From an uncultured Bdellovibrionales bacterium (lineage in GTDB: Bacteria; Bdellovibrionota; Bdellovibrionia; Bdellovibrionales; UBA1609): a DNA stretch of 45,883 nt. Below the pieces are notes generated by a model. It ran no database searches. It worked only from the letters and a program-made list of their open reading frames with translations, and was not told the origin of the DNA. Of the stretch, positions 1 through 9,506 are shown in pieces. The position numbers were made by a program, and so were the translations under genes. Position 1 is the stretch's first letter. Each line of letters opens with the position of its first letter. Where the stretch lies: positions 1 to 45,883 of the forward strand of contig CALGWV010000018.1 in NCBI GenBank assembly GCA_937936325.1, given 5' to 3'.

Positions 1-391
1 AAACACTGGCAAAGCGCACATAGGCCACTTCATCTAATTTTTTAAGTTCTGACATGACAAAACGCCCTATCAGTTCTGAAGTGACTTCTTTTTCACCGCG
101 ATTTCTGATTTTATCAGAAATTCGCTCTACTGTGCTATCTATTTCAGACTGACTAATGGCTCTTTTTTGACAGGCCGCCTGAATGCCAACAAGTAATTTC
201 GATTTTTGAAAGGGCTCTCGGCGTCCATCTTTTTTAATGAGCATGGGATAATCTAGAATATAGGTTTCCTGGGTATTAATGCGAGCTTTGCAGGAGAGGC
301 ATTCCCTTCGTCGTTTGATGCCACCTATATGTGGGAGGCTCCTTGTCTCAAGGACACGGGTTTGGGGATGGCTGCAATAAGGGCATTTCAC
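1..391 (-). CDS. nrdR: Transcriptional repressor NrdR (3' end runs off window; not in ORF track)
   Basis: Manual translation from GTG at 391 (GGAGGA RBS at 401-406 on minus strand): MKCPYCSHPQTRVLETR...IKRRRECLSCKAR...IKKDGRREPF...LDEVAYVRFASV = zinc ribbon + ATP cone. Confidence 0.96.
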   Translation of the reverse strand, partial: MKCPYCSHPQTRVLETRSLPHIGGIKRRRECLSCKARINTQETYILDYPMLIKKDGRREPFQKSKLLVGIQAACQKRAISQSEIDSTVERISDKIRNRGEKEVTSELIGRFVMSELKKLDEVAYVRFASV

Positions 392-607
392 GTCTAGTAA
401 TCCTCCATAATTCGAATCATAGAATATAAGGAAATTGAACCAGGGGGGCATTCAACGGTGTAGCATGCCTCTTTGTTGACAATTATTTAAAAGGAGCAAG
501 ACCATTGGTCCAGAATGAACTCTATCAAGGGCCAAATTGGCTCTGACCTTTGAATTGAATCTAAAGATAAAAAGCTAAACAGGAAGCTATTTTTGATAAT
601 ATTAGAT

Positions 608-1288
608 ATGAAAACAATTTTTATTTTTCTCTGTAGCTTTGTGTTTTTAAATTCTTCCCAAGGATCAGATAAGTTCTCTTATCAAGAGGCTTTGAAGTAC
701 TTCCAAGATCGTGACAAATTGCCAGTTTCGAAAGCGCTGAAATTTACACCAAAAAAAAACAACACCATGGCAGCTCCTGCTCTTGATTCTGATCCTATAA
801 AGTTTTCAAATGAAATTCGTATACCTGGAATTAAAGCCCCTAAGCGTTTTTTTGAAACCTCTTTAAGCCTGGGTGGTTTTATCCATTCTCAGCACGTGAT
901 ACCAGAAGATCTAAACTTAGAGCTCAGACTTAGACTGTCTCAACATGGGGGTTGGTCTACCTGGTTAGAGTTGGGAACTTTGATGAACTCCGCTTCGGGA
1001 GAAGCTCGACTTGCTGCCCTTCAAAAGTTAAGATACTCCATAGGACTTAGCTCCCATATTTTAGCGCTTTTTGAAGGCGGGCTTGGCGTGTCTTATACAG
1101 ATGACAAAGCCTCACTCAAGTCTTGGCAAAGACCTTGGGATCAAGCTTTTGGAGCTACCTATCGTTTTGGAGGGAGCAAAGACATTCAGCTCTCTGTAAT
1201 GATTGGGCGAAGAGGAGCATTTGCATGGACCAAGAAGCACAGTCAGGGCGATATCTACATGAGGTGGACCCTAGGTTTTCAGTTTTAG
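608..1288 (+). CDS. Hypothetical secreted protein, possible small outer-membrane beta-barrel
   Basis: ATG at 608 gives signal-like MKTIFIFLCSFVFLNSSQG; amphipathic strands; ends MRWTLGFQF (terminal Phe). Confidence 0.6.
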   Translation: MKTIFIFLCSFVFLNSSQGSDKFSYQEALKYFQDRDKLPVSKALKFTPKKNNTMAAPALDSDPIKFSNEIRIPGIKAPKRFFETSLSLGGFIHSQHVIPEDLNLELRLRLSQHGGWSTWLELGTLMNSASGEARLAALQKLRYSIGLSSHILALFEGGLGVSYTDDKASLKSWQRPWDQAFGATYRFGGSKDIQLSVMIGRRGAFAWTKKHSQGDIYMRWTLGFQF

Positions 1289-2505
1289 AAAGGTTCCCCA
1301 ACCCACTAGTTTTTGGTTTTGATGAGGCTTATAGCCTTGTTTTTGATGATCAAAGACATGGTTCAAAAGTTATCGAATCTCAATTCAAAAAAAACAAAAA
1401 ATGGGGCTCGAGAGATCGTAAAGTTTTTGCTCAGGTTTTTTACGATATTGTAAAATGGCAAATTAAAATCATGGATTGTTTAAAAAAAATGAATTTACCC
1501 CAAGACTCACATTCAGTCTTAAGGATGTGGTTAAGTTTAAACCTTATAGGGCCTTGGCCTAAATCCTTAGAGCCAAATCTGGGAGAAGAGGCTTTTAAGA
1601 TTTGGAACACGAAATCTGAGGACCTGGGGACGGAATATTCTTTTCCTGAAAACCTGATCCAACTCTTAAAAAAGAATCTTCCTTCGGAAAAGCTAGAAGA
1701 GTTTTTAGTTCAAAGCCAAGGCCAAGCCCCTGTCTTTTTAAGATTAAATACCCTGAGAACCCATGCCAAAAAACTCCAATCCGAACTTCAAGAAGAAGGC
1801 GTAGGCAGTGTTGTGAGGTCTCAAGAGACACTTGAATTAATGGAACGAAAAAATGTTTTCTTAACAACGAGTTTTAAAAAAGGTTATTTTGAAATTCAAG
1901 ATTTAAACTCTCAAAGAGTAGCTTTAGTTTTAAACCCCAAAGCTGGCGAACGTGTGATTGATGCCTGTGCCGGAGCTGGTGGAAAGAGTTTGCACCTGGC
2001 CACACTCATGGAAAACAAGGGGCAGTTGATTGCTTTAGACATTGGCGAGAGAAAACTTGAGGAGCTTAAAAAAAGATCTAAAAGGCAGGGGCTTTCTAAT
2101 ATAGAAATCAGAGTCATTGAAAGTAGTAAGACGATCAAAAGATTGGCGGGGAGCGCAGATGCACTGTTGTTAGATGTGCCATGTTCAGGTCTGGGTGTGC
2201 TCAGAAGAAAGCCAGATATTAAGTACAAATGGAATTTAGAAAGTTATAATGAAGCTCTTCAGGTTCAAGAAGATATTCTTCAAGACTATTCTAAAATGTT
2301 GAAGCCAGGTGGGCGGATGCTCTATGCGACCTGTTCTGTTTTAAAAGAAGAAAATCAAGACCAAGTTCAAAAATTTATCTCAAATAATCCTAGCTTTAGC
2401 CTAGTGTCGGATCAGCTTTATTTTCCTGAGTTAGGCCGTGGAGATGGTTTTTATGTAGCTTTACTAAAACATAATGATGCAGGTAAAACCGAGGTCGATG
2501 AATAG
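1264..2505 (+). CDS. RsmB/NOL1/NOP2/Sun family RNA m5C methyltransferase
   Basis: VIDACAGAGGKS, LLDVPCSGLG and YATCS motifs; start uncertain (GTG 1264 chosen to limit overlap; ORF track starts 1123). Confidence 0.92.
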   Translation: MDPRFSVLERFPNPLVFGFDEAYSLVFDDQRHGSKVIESQFKKNKKWGSRDRKVFAQVFYDIVKWQIKIMDCLKKMNLPQDSHSVLRMWLSLNLIGPWPKSLEPNLGEEAFKIWNTKSEDLGTEYSFPENLIQLLKKNLPSEKLEEFLVQSQGQAPVFLRLNTLRTHAKKLQSELQEEGVGSVVRSQETLELMERKNVFLTTSFKKGYFEIQDLNSQRVALVLNPKAGERVIDACAGAGGKSLHLATLMENKGQLIALDIGERKLEELKKRSKRQGLSNIEIRVIESSKTIKRLAGSADALLLDVPCSGLGVLRRKPDIKYKWNLESYNEALQVQEDILQDYSKMLKPGGRMLYATCSVLKEENQDQVQKFISNNPSFSLVSDQLYFPELGRGDGFYVALLKHNDAGKTEVDE

Positions 2506-2615
2506 GCCTGAATCGGATTGCAGTTCCCCTAGGCCCTATTGAATAAGATGTGAATTGATGATAGCTTCTTCTTATTTATTCTTATACCTAGGTACTTTAA
2601 AATAAGGCGGATAAG

Positions 2616-5042
2616 CTGAAAAACAACTCCTGGGCTCTTTTCTTTTTTTCTCTGATTCTCACTCTGCCTCACCTATGCTTGAGTCGTTCATGGGATAGGC
2701 CGACCCATGAGTTAATGATTAAGGCTTTAGAGTCTAATGATCTCACTTCAATAAAAAATATCCTGAGTTCAGGGCATGATCCTAATTATGCCTATGGTGG
2801 AAAAAAAACATTTTATCTTCATCAAGCCTCTACTCCGAAAGAGGTTCAGCTCCTCATCCAATATGGAGCCGACAAAGAGGCTCAAGATTTCGTAGGATAT
2901 ACCCCACTTCTACTAGCTTGCTACCAAGGTGATCTATTGAAAGTGAAGACTCTATTAAAGCTGGGGGTTCAAACTTATTATATTAGTCGCTATCGTATTG
3001 TTTCAGTTTTAGCTGTGGCAGCTCAAAAAAACCGGTCAGAGGTCCTTCGTTATTTGTTGTCACAAAGTCAAAATATTGAGTTCGAAACTTATGATTTAAA
3101 TCGCGCCATAATGCGAGCCCTTGAATATAAAAGCACTGAAAGTCTGGACCTTCTTTTGAAAGAGCCTGGCATTGACCCTAATTTTAAAGAGAGCGGAACT
3201 CTATCCCTCACGTTAAAAGCACTGACTCTGGGAAAACTTGAAGCGCTAAAAACTTTTATAAGCTTAGGGGGGGCTTTGCCCAAGTTGAGTGAGCAGGATT
3301 ACGGACCTCTTGAGTTTGCGATCTTGTCTAATCAACTGAGTGTTCTCAGTTACTTATTTAATGATTTAAATTTGAATTTTTCAAAAATGAATAACCTCTC
3401 TACAGATTTAGGAGTGTTGGATCAAGCCATACTCATGGGCTTTGCAGAAGTGTTGGATTTTGCGCTCTCCCATGGAGCTCAAATCCGTTCTGATGAAGCT
3501 ATAATCCGTCAGAATGCCTGGCTGTCACAAAGTATGAAACTGATCGATGTCCTAAGGAAACACGGCATTGATATCAACTGCTCAAATTCAGATTGTGGAT
3601 TTAAAACTTTAAGACAAGCTATATTCTCAAACCAACCCGAGAGTGAAGACTTTGCTTTATTTCTATTAGCTCACAATGATTATAGTTCTGAGCTCAGTAA
3701 ACCTGAAAATATTGATATTCTTCATCAAGCTTTTAAAATTGAAAATGAAGATTTGATCAAGGCTTTGCTGTCTCAAGGGGCTACTCTAGAGCCTAAAACT
3801 TATCCTTATCAATATGAAAAATTGGCTAAATATTATCTGAAGGAGTTAAAGGGTTCGGCTCCCACGCAGAATGATTTTGAAATTTTTTTGCAAAATCAAA
3901 AAGTTAGGATCCAGAACTCAGGCCGAGAGGGTCCACTACAAAGGCCAGCTTCTAAGGTTTTCGTTTATGATGAGCCTATTTCTCTAGGAGGCTTAGAAAG
4001 TCTCACAGCGACCCTGGGAAATTCATACCTTGATTGGCAGTCTAAAAGAGCTCACGGTAATCTAGTGGCTTCAGCATTTTTAAGAGCAGGAATGCAGGGC
4101 TTAAATTTTTTGGAATTAGACCAGTTCATGATCGGAGACTGTACAGAGTTAAGGTCACACCCCCAGCTTACGGAGTATTATTTAAATCACTTTAAATCTG
4201 ATGTTGTCTCTATGTCCTGCCAAGGGTTTAAAAAAAAATCTATGATAAATATTTTTAAATCCGCCTCAGACATTGCAGAGAAAAATCAAACTTTCACAGT
4301 TATGGCTGCCGGGAACTTCAGAAAGATTTTGAATGAAGTGGATTTGGGTTTTAAGCTCTCAGCTTATTTTTTTAGTGTTGCAAGTCTTTCTCAGGATGGC
4401 AGTTTAACCGAACTTCAATCACCCATTAATCCTGATGTAATAAAAGGTACAAACTACGGGACGGCGGTCACATTTGGAGTGGAAGGCAGTGAGAATGCTA
4501 AGATATATCAATACAGTTCGAAAAACCCTTTGTTCTATAAAATTTATAAATGGGCAGGAACTTCCTATTCTGCCCCACAGATTTCAGGGCTCATTGGGAG
4601 AATGCTCAATCGTTTGCCAAAAGCAGCGAGACATTACCCGCTATATATTCGTCAGCTCATACTTCAACATGCCCAGCCTATTGCAAAACTTAAAGACAAA
4701 CTGATGCATAATGTGGCTGTGCAGCCAGGAAGAACCTTGAAGTTTTTAGACGACTCTCCTTTTTTTAGTTATAAGAAAGTGAATCAAAAATTACATCTCA
4801 AATGTGACTTTAGATTGAAAGCTTTTAAGCTGGGTTCTCAAAGATTTGAGTGTTCAGATGAAATCGCAAGCGTGATAGATTTTAATTTGGAGACTGACAT
4901 TAAAGCCATTTACCTACACCCTTACTCTGATTTTCCACATAAAAAATGTAATTTGAAGTTTCCTCAAAATCTCAGAAAAGTTTTCCAAAAACATGGAGTT
5001 GAAGAGTACTCCGACGAAGGTATCATGGAGTGCTCCGCTTAG
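2616..5042 (+). CDS. Secreted ankyrin-repeat / S8 subtilisin-like serine peptidase fusion
   Basis: Ankyrin motifs (GYTPLLLACYQGDLLKVKTLLKLG, YGPLEFAI); S8 motifs VFVYDEP, AHGNLVAS, MAAGN, GTSYSAPQISG; in-frame CTG at 2616 adds a signal peptide (track start 2679). Confidence 0.82.
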   Translation: MKNNSWALFFFSLILTLPHLCLSRSWDRPTHELMIKALESNDLTSIKNILSSGHDPNYAYGGKKTFYLHQASTPKEVQLLIQYGADKEAQDFVGYTPLLLACYQGDLLKVKTLLKLGVQTYYISRYRIVSVLAVAAQKNRSEVLRYLLSQSQNIEFETYDLNRAIMRALEYKSTESLDLLLKEPGIDPNFKESGTLSLTLKALTLGKLEALKTFISLGGALPKLSEQDYGPLEFAILSNQLSVLSYLFNDLNLNFSKMNNLSTDLGVLDQAILMGFAEVLDFALSHGAQIRSDEAIIRQNAWLSQSMKLIDVLRKHGIDINCSNSDCGFKTLRQAIFSNQPESEDFALFLLAHNDYSSELSKPENIDILHQAFKIENEDLIKALLSQGATLEPKTYPYQYEKLAKYYLKELKGSAPTQNDFEIFLQNQKVRIQNSGREGPLQRPASKVFVYDEPISLGGLESLTATLGNSYLDWQSKRAHGNLVASAFLRAGMQGLNFLELDQFMIGDCTELRSHPQLTEYYLNHFKSDVVSMSCQGFKKKSMINIFKSASDIAEKNQTFTVMAAGNFRKILNEVDLGFKLSAYFFSVASLSQDGSLTELQSPINPDVIKGTNYGTAVTFGVEGSENAKIYQYSSKNPLFYKIYKWAGTSYSAPQISGLIGRMLNRLPKAARHYPLYIRQLILQHAQPIAKLKDKLMHNVAVQPGRTLKFLDDSPFFSYKKVNQKLHLKCDFRLKAFKLGSQRFECSDEIASVIDFNLETDIKAIYLHPYSDFPHKKCNLKFPQNLRKVFQKHGVEEYSDEGIMECSA

Positions 5043-5198
5043 CGCTCTGACTTTAAGCTTGTAAATGTTTAGCTCAAAAATGAGTGCCCTATGAGCAAAA
5101 TCTTGCTCATATTCACCTAAAGGCAGAAAGCTAAGCCAGGGCTTTGACCCCTGGTTTCAGAGAGATGACAGGGTTTAGAGCTTATGTGAGAGTGGGGC

Positions 5199-6539
5199 AT
5201 GTCTAAAAATAACTACTTAATTCAAGATGCCGATGTGTTTTACGAGGGCGCTTTAAAGAAGCTCAAAATTTCCATTATAGATGGGGTCATCGAAGCTATA
5301 GCTGAAGACCTTCAGCCTAAAGAGGGCCAAAGTGTATTGAGCTTGAAGTCTTTGACTGTCCTTCCAGGAATCATAGACACTCAGGTCCACTTTAGAGAGC
5401 CTGGTTTAGAATACAAAGAGACTTTAGCTGAGGGGGCGGCCGCTGCCCTTCAAGGGGGAGTCACTGGGTTTTTTGAGATGCCTAATACCAAGCCTGCCAC
5501 GGACTCTGCCATTGCGCTTCGGGACAAGGTCGATAGAATTAGTCCTAAAGCATGGACCCATTATGCCTTTTACCTAGGCTCTACGGAAAATAACTTAGAT
5601 CAACTTTCAAAACTTGAAACCCTCAAGACCTGTTGCGGAATTAAAACTTTTGTAGGCAGTTCTACAGGGTCTTTGTTGATCCATAAAGTGGAACATCTTG
5701 AAAAATTATTTCAAAATTTTAAACACCGAGCTGCCTTTCACTGTGAAGATGAATCTCGAATCAGAGCTCGCATTGATATTGCAAAAAAAGCAGCTCATCC
5801 TTCAGCTCACCCCCTTTGGCGTGATGAAGAGAGTGCTTTTTTAGCCACTCAAACTATAGTGGGTTTAGCTAAAAAATATGATCGACCCGTGCATATCCTT
5901 CATGTCACCACAGCAAAAGAAATGAACTATTTAAGACAAGAGAAAAAAAACCATCCCATCACAGTTGAAGTCACTCCACAGCATCTCACCTTAGAAGCTC
6001 CCGAGTGTTACGAAAAATGGGGAACTCTAGCACAAATGAACCCCCCTATTCGTGAGCGTCGTCACAAAGAAGCCCTGTGGGAAGGTGTTGCTGATGGAAC
6101 CGTGGATATCATTGGATCCGATCATGCCCCCCATACTTGGGACGAAAAGCAAAAACCCTACCCTGCAAGTCCTTCAGGAATGCCGGGGGTGCAAACCATA
6201 CTTCCACTGATGCTCAGTCATGTTAAAGAAAACAAACTCAGTTTATCTCGAATGGTGGATCTTTTGTCGCTGAACCCAGTCTCAATTTTTGGCATTAAAA
6301 ACTTAGGTCCTTTACAACCAGGCCGCCGAGCTGATTTAAGCGTGGTAGACTTAAGTCTGGAAAAGACTTTGGAAACTAAAGACCTATTTTACAAATGTGG
6401 TTGGTCTCCATTTGTAGGTTATAGGTTTAAAGCTTGGCCTGTATTAACAATGATTTCTGGGCATATATCTATGAGAGATGGAGAGTTCTTAGGATCACCC
6501 CAAGGGCAAAGCTTTGAATTTAATAAGGATCGTGATTAA
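5199..6539 (+). CDS. pyrC: Dihydroorotase (amidohydrolase superfamily)
   Basis: LPGIIDTQVHFREPG, EMPNT, MNPPIR, IGSDHAPH motifs. Confidence 0.88.
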   Translation: MSKNNYLIQDADVFYEGALKKLKISIIDGVIEAIAEDLQPKEGQSVLSLKSLTVLPGIIDTQVHFREPGLEYKETLAEGAAAALQGGVTGFFEMPNTKPATDSAIALRDKVDRISPKAWTHYAFYLGSTENNLDQLSKLETLKTCCGIKTFVGSSTGSLLIHKVEHLEKLFQNFKHRAAFHCEDESRIRARIDIAKKAAHPSAHPLWRDEESAFLATQTIVGLAKKYDRPVHILHVTTAKEMNYLRQEKKNHPITVEVTPQHLTLEAPECYEKWGTLAQMNPPIRERRHKEALWEGVADGTVDIIGSDHAPHTWDEKQKPYPASPSGMPGVQTILPLMLSHVKENKLSLSRMVDLLSLNPVSIFGIKNLGPLQPGRRADLSVVDLSLEKTLETKDLFYKCGWSPFVGYRFKAWPVLTMISGHISMRDGEFLGSPQGQSFEFNKDRD

Positions 6540-6643
6540 ATATTGTGAGACTCTTTTAAAGTGAAATTGGGTATTAGAACCTGAGAGATGCATAGAGGCA
6601 CTTAAAATTGAGAATTTTATAAAAAGCTTAACAGGAGCCCACG

Positions 6644-7225
6644 ATGAGTGTTTTAAATTGGTTTTTACTTTATCACTATGAGCTATTAGTTATAAGCGCC
6701 ATAGGGTTTATCCTTTCTACAATTTGGTACTTATGGACCAGAGAAAAAACAGAGCTTAATACTGAAGAAGACGATGGCGTCCCAGTTTCTGAAGACTTCG
6801 CTCATCCTGAGTTTCAAAAACCAGAAATCACAACAGACAAACCCCATTTAGTTAAAGCCGCAACAGGAGCTACAGCCGTTGCCGCAGGCGCTGTGCTATC
6901 AGGATCACTTCTTAAAAATGAAAGTACTGAAATTAAAGTTGAAGAACCTATCGAAGAGTTTCATGAAAGTCTAAAGCAAGTTCCAGATCAAAGTATATCT
7001 GATGTTACGGCTGCTGTAAAAACAGAGCCCCCAATGCTCGAGCCTATACAGATGAGCGAGCACTCTCCTACTCAAGAGACGACAACCCAACCAGAAACAA
7101 TAGAAAACTCCTCAGAGTTTTATAAGTCCTTCAATGAAATAGAAATGCCCCATGTCCAAGAAGGCGCCTTCTCCCAAAAAATCGAAGACAAACTCATAGC
7201 TCTAGAAAAGTCTATCAAAGAATAA
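6644..7225 (+). CDS. Hypothetical membrane-anchored acidic protein
   Basis: AGGAG RBS; N-terminal hydrophobic helix, Glu/Thr/Pro-rich tail. Confidence 0.7.
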   Translation: MSVLNWFLLYHYELLVISAIGFILSTIWYLWTREKTELNTEEDDGVPVSEDFAHPEFQKPEITTDKPHLVKAATGATAVAAGAVLSGSLLKNESTEIKVEEPIEEFHESLKQVPDQSISDVTAAVKTEPPMLEPIQMSEHSPTQETTTQPETIENSSEFYKSFNEIEMPHVQEGAFSQKIEDKLIALEKSIKE

Positions 7226-7261
7226 AAATGAGAAGTGAGTTCCCAAAAGATACGATAGTGT

Positions 7262-7414
7262 TTGAGTTTAGCTTTCGAGAAGAGCTCGAATTACAAGTTT
7301 GAATTGAGTGTGCAAAGTGTATTGCCAGTACATTTACTCATGCTGTGATAGGGGAGACGACTTGCGGCCACGAACGTGCTTCTAATTCGAGTGCTTCACG
7401 AAAGCTAAACTCAA
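7262..7414 (+). repeat. Family-1 rod-like palindromic element, diverged copy A
   Basis: 36-bp inverted arms 7262-7297/7379-7414 (4 mismatches); loop contains GAGACGACTTGCGGCC shared with copy B; lies between convergent genes. Confidence 0.8.
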
Positions 7415-7435
7415 CTCACTCCCTAGATCCGTGGT

Positions 7436-7885
7436 TCAGGGGAATGAGTTTCTCTTAAGTAGTCTTTGTATTTTCAATTCCCGTTTAATCCTATAAATCA
7501 GGCTGAGCTCTTCTAAACCATTAGATTTCATCTCTTGGCGAACGCCTTGAATCGGAGGGTTAGAAATAGTTTTTTCTACTTGGATCTGACATGCTTCAAT
7601 GCCATCAATAGAGCCTGGAAGCATGGTGAACCTCAGATCGTAGGAGCCGCTCTGGGCTTGAATGAGTTTAGGTGGCATCCAGATTTCTTTATAGCGGATT
7701 TTTTTTGTTTGAATCACATACTTTTCTTCATCAGTACTTGCAATCGGGTAGGCGATAATCACAGCTTGCAGGCTACTCCAGCATTCTGGTCCGCTTCCGA
7801 AAACACTCTCTTTTAGTGTAGCTCTTGATTGAAAAGCCAGGCTTAAAGAGAGGAGTAAAAAAATAATTTGAGGTTTTAAAAGCAT
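7436..7885 (-). CDS. Hypothetical secreted protein
   Basis: ATG 7885 gives signal-like MLLKPQIIFLLLSLSLAFQSRA; directly downstream of 7899-8657. Confidence 0.62.
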   Translation of the reverse strand: MLLKPQIIFLLLSLSLAFQSRATLKESVFGSGPECWSSLQAVIIAYPIASTDEEKYVIQTKKIRYKEIWMPPKLIQAQSGSYDLRFTMLPGSIDGIEACQIQVEKTISNPPIQGVRQEMKSNGLEELSLIYRIKRELKIQRLLKRNSFP

Positions 7886-7898
7886 TCTTAATTCTTCT

Positions 7899-8657
7899 TT
7901 AAATTTCGTGGAAATCACCTTCGCCTGTGATAAAGACGCTGGAGTTTTCTATAATTTTTTTAAGTGGAGTGTGCACGTTCCAATTGATGTCCAGCTGGAG
8001 TCCTGCAATGGGGCTTTTTTTTGTGCCTAAGTTAATAGGATTGCCCGTTGCAACAGAGACATTCACATCGATTCCAAAAAGAGTCCAGGGTATGTTTATG
8101 TTTTGGGGCACAACTTGGATGTTAGTGAGGTAAGAGCCAGAGCCATCTTCAGATTGTCCGCCATAAGTATAGCGGAGTACCAGATCTACCTTAAGCATTC
8201 GCTGTCCAGTGTATTTATTAGTATATTCCTTGGTGATGACTTTACGTACCGGAACTTTCCAACCCGTAAGTTTAGCCCAACAGGGGTTTTTAAAAGGGAG
8301 GACTGAGATCGAAGGCGCATCATTCATTTTAAAGCGAGCTTCACCCGTTTTGAAAAGATCAAAAACTTTTTTTCCTACTCTAAGGAGACCGTCTAATTCT
8401 TTTTCTAATTCTACAAATCTCATCATCGAGATCTTTTTACTCGATTTTTCTTTGTCAGAAAGATGGTCTTTTAAGAGTTCGTGATAGTCGGTCTTTCCGC
8501 AATCCTGGTTTGATTTTTTAAAAGTGAGCTCTCCATATTCTGTATGAGTGACTTTCATTGGCTGAGCTTGAATATCGAAAAAAGGAAAAGATGTCTTTTG
8601 GCTGAACCCAATTTGAGAGCTGAGTGAAAGTAAACCGATAAGAATAACTTTGATCAT
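7899..8657 (-). CDS. Hypothetical secreted protein
   Basis: AGGAGG RBS before ATG 8657; signal peptide MIKVILIGLLSLSSQIGFS; beta-rich C-terminal half. Confidence 0.75.
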   Translation of the reverse strand: MIKVILIGLLSLSSQIGFSQKTSFPFFDIQAQPMKVTHTEYGELTFKKSNQDCGKTDYHELLKDHLSDKEKSSKKISMMRFVELEKELDGLLRVGKKVFDLFKTGEARFKMNDAPSISVLPFKNPCWAKLTGWKVPVRKVITKEYTNKYTGQRMLKVDLVLRYTYGGQSEDGSGSYLTNIQVVPQNINIPWTLFGIDVNVSVATGNPINLGTKKSPIAGLQLDINWNVHTPLKKIIENSSVFITGEGDFHEI

Positions 8658-8857
8658 ATTTCCTCCTTGAAAAGATCGTTTAAGATAATGTATGTGGTTG
8701 GGCACAAAAAAAATTAAGGTCCCTCTGGCTTTACAGCATGAAAATCTAAAAGGCCTTATTTAATTGTAGATCTAAATTCTAAAAATTGTCTAAACTCATT
8801 CCAAGATGTTGCTGAGCAGTGGAACTCTGTTAAGTTTTGGTGATTTCTTTATTGTAT

Positions 8858-9373
8858 TTAAACCTCGAGATGCGATAAATAAAATTTATACTCACTGATG
8901 CTCTCTGTGATGTCGTCCATGGCTCTGTGAGAATCAGATTTTTTAAATTCAATGTTTTTGTGTAGGAAGTAGAGTTTCCATGCGCTCACATCTAACATTC
9001 TGTAATGCAGTTTTTTACTAAATTCGTTGAAGTAGGCTTCAAGAAATCTTCGGTCCTGCCAAATTGAGTTTCCCGCTAGAATTATAGAAGTGTCTTCTGT
9101 CCAGAACTCATTGGCCCAATTTATGAGCTTTTTTTCTACCTCTGATTCAGAAGGAGCGTCTGCAATAAGATCAACCAATCCTGAAGACCCATGCTGGTTT
9201 TTGTTCCAATCATCCATTTGGTCTAGGAGACTTTGGGGCTGGTGAACCACACTATGAAACTGGGACAGAGTGTTGAGCTCAAAGTCTGTCACTAATCCTG
9301 CAACCTCGATAATACGTTCTTTTGAGACATCGAGTCCTGTCATTTCTAAGTCGAGCCATAATAAGTTTTTCAT
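8858..9373 (-). CDS. orn: Oligoribonuclease
   Basis: LWLDLEMTGLD, LAGNSIWQDRRFL, LHYRMLDVS, HRAMDDI DEDDh motifs. Confidence 0.96.
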   Translation of the reverse strand: MKNLLWLDLEMTGLDVSKERIIEVAGLVTDFELNTLSQFHSVVHQPQSLLDQMDDWNKNQHGSSGLVDLIADAPSESEVEKKLINWANEFWTEDTSIILAGNSIWQDRRFLEAYFNEFSKKLHYRMLDVSAWKLYFLHKNIEFKKSDSHRAMDDITESISEYKFYLSHLEV

Positions 9374-9506
9374 ATAGATAGTGTAGCACCAAATCAGATT
9401 AAAAAATGCTCCTTCACTAAAATAGAGAGTTGAGCAAAGGCCTCTAGAAAATGAATCAGCTTTAGCTCACGAATTGTTAAGGTATGTTCATTGATTAGAT
9501 GTCTGA

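Noticed and set aside
1123-1263. Long N-terminal extension of the RsmB-family ORF
   Set aside because: Would overlap the upstream gene by 166 bp and shows no family similarity.
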